A stretch of DNA of 64,000 bases from Alphaproteobacteria bacterium (GTDB lineage Bacteria; Pseudomonadota; Alphaproteobacteria; Bin95): NCBI GenBank assembly GCA_963665325.3, contig CAXXWS020000003.1, positions 32,001 to 96,000 on the forward strand, in the 5' to 3' direction. The position numbers and the translations under genes are program-made. Shown here piece after piece: positions 55,622 through 64,000 of the stretch (position 1 is the first letter of the stretch; every line of letters starts with the position of its first letter). The notes beneath the pieces are model-generated. The model ran no database searches and was not told the origin of the DNA. It was given only the letters and a program-made list of their open reading frames with translations.

Positions 55622-56071
55622 ATGACAGGCAAAGCGGTACCGGTCGGCATCAACCACGTCGCGCTGGAAGTGGACGACATCCAGGAGGCGCTTGACTTCT
55701 ATGGCGGCTTCCTCGCGCTCGACATCGCGCGGCAGAACGAGAAGGCGGCCTTCGTCTATTTTGGCGACCAGTTCATAAATTTCTCCGTGGGCCGCCGACA
55801 GGGGCCGGACGACAACCGCCATTTCGGTATCGCGGTGGACGACAAGGACCTCGCCATCCGCCGGCTGGAGGAGATGGGCGTGGAATTGCTCGAAGGGCCG
55901 TTCACCGATTTTCTCGACCCTTGGGGCAACCGGGTGGAGCTCACCACCTACACCAAGATCCAGTACACCAAGGCCGAGCATGTGCTTCGCGGCATGGGCC
56001 TCGGCCATCTCGAAAAGGCGCCGGAGGCGGTGCAGGAGCTCGCCGCCAAGGGCATGGGCCCCGGCGAATGA
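55622..56071 (+). CDS. VOC (glyoxalase-like) family protein
   Basis: GINHVALEV, HFGIAVD, DPWGNRVEL. Confidence 0.88.
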   Translation: MTGKAVPVGINHVALEVDDIQEALDFYGGFLALDIARQNEKAAFVYFGDQFINFSVGRRQGPDDNRHFGIAVDDKDLAIRRLEEMGVELLEGPFTDFLDPWGNRVELTTYTKIQYTKAEHVLRGMGLGHLEKAPEAVQELAAKGMGPGE

Positions 56072-56117
56072 CCGCAGGCGGCGGACCGCCGCGACCGGAC
56101 GACAGGGAGGACAGCAT

Positions 56118-57050
56118 ATGAGCGGGCGTTTCGGCTTCGCGCCGGTGGAGGACCGGCCGATTGCCTATCTGGACCGTATCCGCCGCTATTACGAGACGCT
56201 GGGCTACGGCAAGCCATACGAGTGGGCGCACTATGTCGAGACGCCTTTCGCGGCACTCGGGAAGCCGCTGGCGGAGGCGCGCGTCGCGCTTGTTACCACG
56301 GCGGCGCCCTACCAGCCCGGCAAGGGCGACCAGGGGCCGGGCGCGCCCTACAATGCGGCGGCCAAGTTCTACAGCGTCTATTCCGGCGACAGCATGTGGG
56401 ACCCGGACCTGCGCATCTCCCATATCGCCATCGACCGCGACCACACCACGGCCGAGGATATCGGCAGCTGGTTCCCGCTCCGGGAGCTTCGCGCCGCCGC
56501 CGGGGAAGGCCGGATCGGGGAGGTCGCGCCGCGCTTCCACGGCGCGCCCACCAACCGCAGCCACGCGGCGACCATCGAGGTAGATGCTCCGGAACTGCTG
56601 GCGCGCTGCCGCGAGGACGGGGCCGACGCGGTCGTTCTCGCCGCGAACTGACCGGTGTGCCACCAGACCGTGAGTCTGGCTGCACGCGCACTGGAAGAGG
56701 CAGGCATCCCCACAGTCGTCATGGGCTGCGCCAGGGACATTGTGGAGCATGCCGGCGTGCCGCGCTTCCTGTTCAGCGATTTCCCGCTCGGCAATCCGGC
56801 CGGGCGCCCGCACGATCCGGACTCGCAGCGCGAGACGCTGGCTCTGGCGCTCCGGCTACTGGAAAGCGCGCCGGGCCCGAACACAACGGTGCGCAACCCG
56901 CTCAAATGGTCGGACGATCCGTCCTGGAAGTGGGACTTCTCCAATATCGACCTCGTGCCGCCGGAGGAGATCGCGCGGCGCCGGGCGGAATTCGACCGCA
57001 TCAAGGAAGTGGCGAAGACCCGGCGCGAAGAGGATGCGGCCGCCGGCTGA
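56118..57050 (+). CDS. GrdB/PrdB-like selenoprotein with in-frame UGA (Sec) at 56649-56651
   Basis: KPLAEARVALVTTA ... DAVVLAAN-[TGA]-PVCHQTVSLAARALEEAGIPTVV; two track ORFs are in one frame; U-x-x-C motif. Confidence 0.88.
56652..56690 (+). promoter_or_regulatory. Bacterial SECIS-like hairpin
   Basis: CCAGAC-cgtga-GTCTGG upper stem starting 12 nt after UGA; GTGTGC/GCACGC lower stem. Confidence 0.7.
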
Positions 57051-57115
57051 CCGGGCGGGAAATCCGGGCTATACCCTTCACGCAGACCGGAACCCGCAGG
57101 CGAGGAGCGGCCGAC

Positions 57116-57910
57116 ATGGAATATGCCGATGGCAGGATGCTGGCCGAGAAGGAGGCCGGGATCGGCTGGATGACCTTCAACAATCCGGCCCGGCGCAACG
57201 CCATGACCATGGAGATGTGGCAGGGCGCGGACGCCATACTGGCCGACTTCGAGGCCGATCCGGAAGTGCGCGTCATCGTGCTGAAGGGAGCGGGCGACAA
57301 GGCCTTCGTTTCCGGGGCCGACATCTCGCAATTCGAGAAGAACCGCGCCGACGCTGCGGCTGCGGCGCGCTACAACGCCGTGACCGATGCCGGCCGCCAG
57401 CGGCTCGCGGGCGCGGAGAAGCCCGTGATCGCCATGATTCGCGGCTTCTGCATGGGCGGCGGCCTCGGCATCGCCATGACCTGCGATCTGCGCTTCGCCG
57501 CCGAGGGGTCGGAGTTCGGAATTCCGGCCGCCCGTCTCGGCATCGCCTATAATTTCGAGAATGTGCGAAGCCTTGTCGGCCTGGTCGGGCCGGCGCGGGC
57601 CAAGGACATCCTGTTCTCCGGCCGCCGGCTCCCGGCGGAGGAAGCCTATGCGGTCGGCCTGATCGACCGCCTGCTGCCGGGGGAGGAACTGGAGGGCCAT
57701 GTGCGCGACTACGCGGCCCAGCTCGCCCGGAACGCGCCGCTCTCGATCCGCGCCTCCAAGCTCACCATCCGCGAGGTGATGGCCGACCGGCAGGAGCGCG
57801 AGGCCGGGCTGATCGAGGCGCTGGGCAAGGCTTGCTTCGACAGCGCCGACTACCGCGAAGGCCGCACCGCCTTCATGGAGAAACGCCGCCCCGTCTTCAC
57901 CGGCAGCTGA
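57116..57910 (+). CDS. Enoyl-CoA hydratase/isomerase
   Basis: AFVSGADI, KPVIAMIRGFCMGGG, CDLR, AFMEKRRP.F. Confidence 0.93.
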   Translation: MEYADGRMLAEKEAGIGWMTFNNPARRNAMTMEMWQGADAILADFEADPEVRVIVLKGAGDKAFVSGADISQFEKNRADAAAAARYNAVTDAGRQRLAGAEKPVIAMIRGFCMGGGLGIAMTCDLRFAAEGSEFGIPAARLGIAYNFENVRSLVGLVGPARAKDILFSGRRLPAEEAYAVGLIDRLLPGEELEGHVRDYAAQLARNAPLSIRASKLTIREVMADRQEREAGLIEALGKACFDSADYREGRTAFMEKRRPVFTGS

Positions 57911-57984
57911 ACTGCCGAGCCTGCTCCCGTCCGGCAGCCGGTCCGACCGGCGGCTTGTACGCCCGCTTGGGAAGGACACAACCG

Positions 57985-59913
57985 ATGGCGAATACCAGCA
58001 ACAACACCCCAGCGACCGAGCGCGGCGCCCACCCGCTGAATGCGCTGACGCCGGCCGAGATCGAGGCGGCGGGCGCCATCGTCCGGGCGTGGGACGGGTG
58101 GACCGGGACGACGAAATTCGAAACGATTCGGCTGCACTATCCGGACAAGGCCGAGTGCCGGGCCGAGATCGTGGCCGGCACGGCGGGCGAGCGCCGCAAG
58201 GCCTATGTGAGCATCTACGACACGGCAGCCAACAGCGTGAGCGAGCTCATCGTCGATCTCGTCAGCGGCCGGGTGGAAGCGGCGACCGACGTGCCGGGCG
58301 CCAGGCCGGCCATCAATGTCGACGAGTTCCTGATCTGCGCCGAGACGGTGCCGCAGCATCCCGACTTCATCGCGGCGATGGCCCGGCGCGGCGTGACCGA
58401 CCTCTCGAACATCCAGATCGATCCCTTCTCCGCCGGCAATTTCGGCTTCGACGACGAGGAAGGCCGGCGGCTGGTCCACTGCCTGGTCTATCTGCGCTCT
58501 GACCCCTCGGACAACGGCTACGCCCATCCGGTCGAGGGTCTGAATGTGCTGTTCGACCTGAACAGTGTCGAGGTCATGCGCGTCATCGACCATGCAGTCC
58601 ACGAGGTCCCGGACGTATCCTCGAATTACCAGGCCGTGCGGCCGGAAATCGCGGCGAACCTGCGCGGCGACCTGAAGCCGATAGACATTTCCCAGCCGGC
58701 CGGCCCCTCCTTCACCGTGGAAGACCGGGTCGTGACCTGGGCCAACTGGCGCTTCCATGTCGAATTCCACCCGCGCGAGGGCCTGGTGCTGAACGACATC
58801 CAGGTGCGCGGCGGCGAGAAGGCGCCCTGGCGGCCGCTCATCTGGCGGGCCTCGGTTGCGGAGATGGTCGTGCCCTACGGCGACCCCGCCTTCAACCACT
58901 ATCGCAAGAACGCCTTCGATGTCGGCGAATACGGCCTCGGCCAGGTGGCCAACCCGCTCAAGCTCGGCTGCGACTGCCGCGGGCACATCCACTATTTCGA
59001 CGGCGTGTTCACGGTGACTTCAGGCGAGCCGGTTGTGGTCGAGAACGCCATCTGCCTGCATGAGGAAGACGACGGGATGCTGTGGAAGCATACCGACTAC
59101 ATGACGGACGAGATGGAGCACCGCCGGGCGCGCCGGCTGCTGGTCTCCATGATCGCGACGGTCGGCAATTACGAATACGGCTTCTACTGGATCTTCCACA
59201 TGGACGGGACGCTGGAGCTGGACGTGAAGGCGACCGGCATCATGAACACCCAGGGCCTGAACGCCATTTCCGGCGCCGACTACGGCACCGAGGTCATGCC
59301 GGGCGTGACCGCGCCCAACCACCAGCACCTGTTCTGCGCGCGCCTCGACATGGCGGTGGACGGCGACGCCAACCGGCTGGTCGAGATGAATGTGGTGCAG
59401 CCGCCGATGGGCGAGGGCAATCCGAACGGCAACGCCTTCCGGGCCGAGCGGACGGTGCTGAAGACCGAAACCGGCCGGATGCGCAATGCCGACACCGAAC
59501 GGTTCTGGAAGGTGGAGAGCGCGACAGCGGCCAACGCGCTCGGCCGGCCGACGGCCTACCGGCTGCACGCCACCGGCATGCTCAAGCCCTGGTTCCATGC
59601 CGGGACCATGATGGCCAGACGCGCCGCTTTCATCTTCAACCATATGTGGTGCACGCCCTACGATCCTGCCGAGCGTTTCCCGGCGGGGCGCTTCGTCAAC
59701 CAGAGCGACGGCTCGGAGACCATCGCGACCTGGATCCAGCAGGGCCGGCCGATAGAGGATACGGATATCGTGCTGTGGCACACATTCGGCCTGCTGCACC
59801 TGCCGCGCCTCGAGGACTGGCCGGTGCAGCCGGTCGCCAGCACCGGCTTCCGGCTTGAGGCTGACGGCTTCTTCGACCGCAACCCGACTCTGGACGTGCC
59901 GCCGGGGGCGTGA
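57985..59913 (+). CDS. tynA: Copper-containing primary amine oxidase
   Basis: HPL..LT, TVGNYEY (TPQ site), HQH copper ligands, H.PR.EDWPV, FF..NP. Confidence 0.92.
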   Translation: MANTSNNTPATERGAHPLNALTPAEIEAAGAIVRAWDGWTGTTKFETIRLHYPDKAECRAEIVAGTAGERRKAYVSIYDTAANSVSELIVDLVSGRVEAATDVPGARPAINVDEFLICAETVPQHPDFIAAMARRGVTDLSNIQIDPFSAGNFGFDDEEGRRLVHCLVYLRSDPSDNGYAHPVEGLNVLFDLNSVEVMRVIDHAVHEVPDVSSNYQAVRPEIAANLRGDLKPIDISQPAGPSFTVEDRVVTWANWRFHVEFHPREGLVLNDIQVRGGEKAPWRPLIWRASVAEMVVPYGDPAFNHYRKNAFDVGEYGLGQVANPLKLGCDCRGHIHYFDGVFTVTSGEPVVVENAICLHEEDDGMLWKHTDYMTDEMEHRRARRLLVSMIATVGNYEYGFYWIFHMDGTLELDVKATGIMNTQGLNAISGADYGTEVMPGVTAPNHQHLFCARLDMAVDGDANRLVEMNVVQPPMGEGNPNGNAFRAERTVLKTETGRMRNADTERFWKVESATAANALGRPTAYRLHATGMLKPWFHAGTMMARRAAFIFNHMWCTPYDPAERFPAGRFVNQSDGSETIATWIQQGRPIEDTDIVLWHTFGLLHLPRLEDWPVQPVASTGFRLEADGFFDRNPTLDVPPGA

Positions 59914-59985
59914 CGGGGCCGGCCCCGGCCCCTATCCTGCCCCGTACCGCGCCCGGACGGCCGGAAAGGACGGGGTATCGCCGCT

Positions 59986-60795
59986 TTGTTCGCCGCCTTG
60001 CGCATCGCCAGCCGCCTGCCGCTCGCCTGCCTCTACCCTGTCGGCCGCCTGCTGGTCCCGCTTGCCCGGGCGGCGGTGCCGAGCCGGCGGCGCGTGGCGG
60101 AACGCAACCTTGCCGCCGTCTTTCCCGGCGCCGAGCAGCGGTCGCTGGCACGGCGCGTCTATGCCGCCTCCGCCGATGTCGCGATGGAATCGGTCCGCCT
60201 GCTGACGATGCCCAAGGCGCAGTTGCGCGCGCGGGTTCGCATGGAAGGCGCAGACGCGCTGCAGGAGGGCGGCGCGCTGGTGCTGACGGCGCATCACGGC
60301 AACATGCTCTGGGCGGTCAGCGCCCTGACTGAAGCTGTGCGCGCGCCGCTCTTCGTGGTCTACAAGGAGCCGCACGGGCCCGTCCTGCACCGGATGCTGA
60401 ACGCCATTGGCGGGCGTTTCCGCGGGACCCTGGTGCCGCTCCGGGACACGCGCCGCGAAGTGCTCCGCTGCCGGCAGGAAGGCGGAGTGCTCGTTCTGGT
60501 GGCCGACCAGCAGCCGGGCTCAGCCGAGCGTCGCGAGGTCGAGTTCTGCGGACGGAAGACGGCGTTCTTCGCCGGACCGGACCGCATCGGCCGCGCGCTC
60601 GGATGGCCGGTCTATTACCTCTCCTGCCAGCGCACCGGGCGCGGGCGCTATCTCTGCCGGGTCGAGAAGCTTGCCGAACCGCCCTATGAGGGGGAAGACG
60701 CCGGCATTGTCAGCCGCTATGCCGCGCGGCTGGAGGCCGATATCCGCAGCGCGCCGGAAGACTGGCTGTGGTTCCACAGGCGCTGGCGGGACTGA
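59986..60795 (+). CDS. Lipid A late acyltransferase-like (LpxL/HtrB, LPLAT) protein
   Basis: LTAHHGN, VADQ, FCGR, PEDWLWFHRRW; start uncertain. Confidence 0.8.
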   Translation: MFAALRIASRLPLACLYPVGRLLVPLARAAVPSRRRVAERNLAAVFPGAEQRSLARRVYAASADVAMESVRLLTMPKAQLRARVRMEGADALQEGGALVLTAHHGNMLWAVSALTEAVRAPLFVVYKEPHGPVLHRMLNAIGGRFRGTLVPLRDTRREVLRCRQEGGVLVLVADQQPGSAERREVEFCGRKTAFFAGPDRIGRALGWPVYYLSCQRTGRGRYLCRVEKLAEPPYEGEDAGIVSRYAARLEADIRSAPEDWLWFHRRWRD

Positions 60796-60815
60796 AACGG
60801 GGGAGAGGGGACGCG

Positions 60816-62270
60816 ATGACCGACGGATGGGTGAGACTGGACGACAGCTTTATCGACGGCGCCGGCATGGCCGACCGGGCAGCGCGCGCCGCAACCGGCT
60901 TCGCCGCGCTCGGCGTCGGCCCCGGCGACGCGGTCGCCTGGCTGCTCTACAACGACGCCGCGGCGTTCACCGTCACCGACGGGGCCGGGATGCTCGGCGC
61001 CTATGCCGTGCCGGTGAACTGGCACCTGGCGCCGGACGAAGTGCGCTACATCCTCGCCGACAGCGGGGCGAAAGCGCTGGTCGGGCATCCCCGGCTTCTG
61101 GCCCCGCTGGGCAAGCTGGAGATCCCCGCAATCCCGCTCTCCGAATGGCCGGACTGGCTCGCCGCCCATGCGCCGCGCACGGAACCGCCGCTCAATCCGC
61201 CCGGTTCGATGATGTACACCTCGGGCACGACGGGCCGGCCCAAGGGCGTGCGCCGCCAGCCGGCAACGCCGGAGCAGCGCGAGACAATCGCGGCGTTCCT
61301 TAGCGAAATCTATGGCTTGCAGCCCGGCATGGTCTCGGCCGTCACCGCGCCGCTCTACCACGCCGCGCCGAACAACCATGCCATGATGTCCCGGCTCGCC
61401 GGCGGCCATCTGGTGCTCATGGGGCGCTTCGACGCCGAGCGGTTCCTGGCCCTGGTGGAGGAGCACCGCATCTCCCACGCCTTCATGGCGCCGATCATGT
61501 TCGTGCGCCTCCTCAAGCTGCCGGAAGCCGTGCGGGCGCGTTACGATCTCTCCTCGCTTTGCCGCGTCATCCACGCCGGCGCGCCCTGCGCCCCCGATGT
61601 CAAGCGGGCGATGATCGAGTGGTGGGGGCCGGTGCTGGTCGAATATTACGGCTCGACCGAGACCGGCCTGGTGACCTGGTGTGATTCCGGGGAGTGGCTC
61701 CAGCGGCCGGGCACGGTGGGGCGCACGATGCGGAATGCCGAGATCGTCATATATGGCGACGACAAGCAGCGCCTCGGCCCTGGCGAGACGGGCGACATCT
61801 ACTGCGTGCACCGGGACCTGATGCCCTTCACCTACCACAACGACCCGGAAAAGCGCGCCGGCGTCGAGCATGAGGGCCTCGTGACCAATGGCGACATGGG
61901 ATACATGGACGAGGCGGGCTACCTGTTCCTGAACGACCGTCGCCGCGACATGATTATCTCCGGGGGCGTCAACATCTATCCGGCGGAGATCGAGGCGGCG
62001 CTGATCGAATGCCCCGGCGTGCGCGACTGCGCCGTGTTCGGCGTGCCGGACGACGAATACGGGGAGCGCGTCGTCGCCGCCATCGAGCGCGAGCCCGGCA
62101 GCGACTGCGACGAGGCGGCGGTGGGCGCCTTCCTCGCCGGGCGCATTGCAGGCTATAAGCACCCCCGGCTGGTCGTCTTCCACGCCTCCCTGCCCCGCGA
62201 GGACACCGGCAAGATCTTCAAGCGCAAGCTCCGCGAGCCCTATTGGGAAGCCGCCGGGCGGCGCATCTGA
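60816..62270 (+). CDS. AMP-binding acyl-CoA synthetase
   Basis: YTSGTTGRPKG, YYGSTE, GDMGY, IISGGVNIYPAEIE. Confidence 0.93.
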   Translation: MTDGWVRLDDSFIDGAGMADRAARAATGFAALGVGPGDAVAWLLYNDAAAFTVTDGAGMLGAYAVPVNWHLAPDEVRYILADSGAKALVGHPRLLAPLGKLEIPAIPLSEWPDWLAAHAPRTEPPLNPPGSMMYTSGTTGRPKGVRRQPATPEQRETIAAFLSEIYGLQPGMVSAVTAPLYHAAPNNHAMMSRLAGGHLVLMGRFDAERFLALVEEHRISHAFMAPIMFVRLLKLPEAVRARYDLSSLCRVIHAGAPCAPDVKRAMIEWWGPVLVEYYGSTETGLVTWCDSGEWLQRPGTVGRTMRNAEIVIYGDDKQRLGPGETGDIYCVHRDLMPFTYHNDPEKRAGVEHEGLVTNGDMGYMDEAGYLFLNDRRRDMIISGGVNIYPAEIEAALIECPGVRDCAVFGVPDDEYGERVVAAIEREPGSDCDEAAVGAFLAGRIAGYKHPRLVVFHASLPREDTGKIFKRKLREPYWEAAGRRI

Positions 62271-62290
62271 CGGAAGGGCCACTCCATCCC

Positions 62291-62950
62291 ATGTTCTATT
62301 CCGACCCCCGCAAGCACGGCCTCCGGCACAGCCCCTTCAAGGCGCTGGTGGCCCCACGCCCCATCGCCTGGGTCTCCTCGACGAGCGCCGAGGGCGTGGT
62401 CAATCTCGCGCCCTACAGCTTCTTCAACGCCATGGCGGACTCGCCGCCGATCATCGTCTTCGCGCCCAACAACCCGCGCATCGGCGGCGGGCGCAAGGAC
62501 ACGCTGGAGAACATCGAGCAGACCGGCGATTTCGTCGTGAACCTCTGCAACTGGGACTTGCGGCTGCCGATGAACGAGAGTTCGGCCCATGTGCCGCCGG
62601 AGGTGAACGAGATCGAGCTGGCGGGCCTGACGGCCGTTCCCTCCGAGATCGTGAAGGCGCCGCGCGTCGCGGAGGCACCGGCCTCGCTCGAATGCGAGTT
62701 CCTGTTCCGCGTGCGCCTGCCGGGCTCGAGCCCGAAGATCGAGAACAATGCCTGCTTCGGCAAGGTGGTCGGCATCCACATCGCAGACGAGATCATTGTG
62801 GACGGCCTGGTGGACATGTCCCGCTACCGCCCCATCGCGCGCTGCGGCTACATGGACTATGCGCTGGTCGAAAGCGTCTTCTCCATGGACCGCCCCGACG
62901 ACAATCTCGAAGCCTTCGAAGCCCGCAGACGGCAGGAAGCGGCGGAGTAG
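62291..62950 (+). CDS. Flavin reductase-like (DIM6/NTAB) protein
   Basis: PRPIAWVSS, NLAPYSFFN, KDTLENI, PRV.E.P..LEC. Confidence 0.9.
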   Translation: MFYSDPRKHGLRHSPFKALVAPRPIAWVSSTSAEGVVNLAPYSFFNAMADSPPIIVFAPNNPRIGGGRKDTLENIEQTGDFVVNLCNWDLRLPMNESSAHVPPEVNEIELAGLTAVPSEIVKAPRVAEAPASLECEFLFRVRLPGSSPKIENNACFGKVVGIHIADEIIVDGLVDMSRYRPIARCGYMDYALVESVFSMDRPDDNLEAFEARRRQEAAE

Positions 62951-62962
62951 GGGCGGGGCCCG

Positions 62963-64000
62963 CTAACCCGCCAGCGCCTCCGCGATAGCGGCCAGCGCCT
63001 CGGGGGCGCGGGCGCCGTCGGGGCCGCCGGCTTGCGCCATGTCGGGGCGCCCGCCTCCGCCCTTGCCGCCGAGCGCGGCCGCGCCGAGGCGCACAAGGTC
63101 CACCGCGCTGAGCGAGGGTACGAGGTCGTCGGTGACGCCTACCACCAGGGACGCCTTGCCGTCGTTCACGGCCGCCAGCGCGACGACGCCGCTGCCGATC
63201 TGCTGCTTGAGGTCGTCGGCGATGGCCTTCAATTCGCGCGCCGGCACATCCTCCAGCAGCTGTCGGCTGAGGCGCCTGCCGCCGATTTCCTCGAAGGCCG
63301 GGCCTGCGCCGCCGGTCGCCGCCTTGCGGCGCAGCTCCGCGATCTCGCGCTCCATGCGCCGGCGCTCCTCCAGGAGCTGCTCGACGCGCGCCGGCACCTC
63401 GCGCGGCGCGGTGCGCAGCGCCGAGGCTGCGGCGTCCAGCAGCTCCAGCCGCTCGGAGACATGCGCCTCAGCGCCCTCGCCGGTCAGCGCCTCGATGCGG
63501 CGCACGCCGGCTGCGAGCGCGGTCTCCTCGACGATGACGAACTGGCCGATATCGCCCGTCTGCGCCACATGCGTGCCGCCGCAAAGCTCGACCGACCAGG
63601 ACCGGCCGCCGTCCCCGTCCTCGCCGCCCATCGTCACCACGCGCACCTCGTCGCCGTATTTCTCGCCGAAGAGCGCGAGCGCGCCGGCCTCGATGGCATT
63701 GTCGGTCGCCATCAGCCGGGTGGCGACGGGCGCATTCAGCCGGATGCGGTCATTGACCGCCGCGCCGACCGCCGCGAGTTCGTCCGCCGCCATCGGCTTC
63801 TGGTGCGAGATGTCGAAGCGCAGCCGGTCGGGCGCCACCAGCGAGCCCTTCTGCGCCACATGCGCACCGAGCGTGTCGCGCAGCGCCCGGTGCAGGAGAT
63901 GGGTCGCCGAATGGTTGCGCCGGATTGCGGCGCGCCGGGCGCCGTCCACACGGAGCTCGACTGCGTCGCCCACCGCCAGTGAGCCTTCCTCAAGCCGGGC
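62963..64000 (-). CDS. alaS: Alanine--tRNA ligase, C-terminal part (runs off window end)
   Basis: [55 protein letters not shown]. Confidence 0.97.
   Translation of the reverse strand, partial: ARLEEGSLAVGDAVELRVDGARRAAIRRNHSATHLLHRALRDTLGAHVAQKGSLVAPDRLRFDISHQKPMAADELAAVGAAVNDRIRLNAPVATRLMATDNAIEAGALALFGEKYGDEVRVVTMGGEDGDGGRSWSVELCGGTHVAQTGDIGQFVIVEETALAAGVRRIEALTGEGAEAHVSERLELLDAAASALRTAPREVPARVEQLLEERRRMEREIAELRRKAATGGAGPAFEEIGGRRLSRQLLEDVPARELKAIADDLKQQIGSGVVALAAVNDGKASLVVGVTDDLVPSLSAVDLVRLGAAALGGKGGGGRPDMAQAGGPDGARAPEALAAIAEALAG

Noticed and set aside
55980-57050. Pseudogene or two separate genes
   Set aside because: An in-frame UGA at the UxxC position with a downstream hairpin is better explained by selenocysteine recoding.

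Overview
High-GC DNA that looks alphaproteobacterial; the Calx-beta autotransporter and NHL-repeat proteins hint at a host-associated (e.g. sponge) symbiont, which is inference only. Three layers are visible. (1) 1-5.3 kb is a decayed accessory region: partial LysR gene, a DUF1624 gene bracketed by IS3-type ends, an IS3 transposase broken by a 202-bp MITE, and IS110, IS21 and group II intron relics. (2) About 5338-49102 is an apparently complete ~43.8-kb integrative conjugative element (ICE). It has two tandem tyrosine integrases, a frameshifted FseA-like (DUF6499/DUF2285) activator, an RdfS-like excisionase, a full F-type tra operon, TraD, a MOBF relaxase, an F-like oriT, a leading region of uncharacterised genes, several toxin-antitoxin modules and a large Calx-beta autotransporter behind an 8-bp tandem repeat. 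(3) 50.2-64 kb is ordinary chromosome (pseudouridine synthase, tadA, amine oxidase, alaS, etc.) and includes a UGA-recoded GrdB/PrdB-like selenoprotein. The main observation is that the ICE sits exactly inside the catalytic H-x-x-R-H codons of a third, resident tyrosine integrase. Its N-terminal 320 codons are at 49105-50064 and its C-terminal 60 codons at 5153-5335. Both junctions read CACGA-N5-GCCA with different N5, suggesting an integrase-targeting ICE that uses heterologous coupling sequences. All family assignments come from motif recognition by eye, not database searches.
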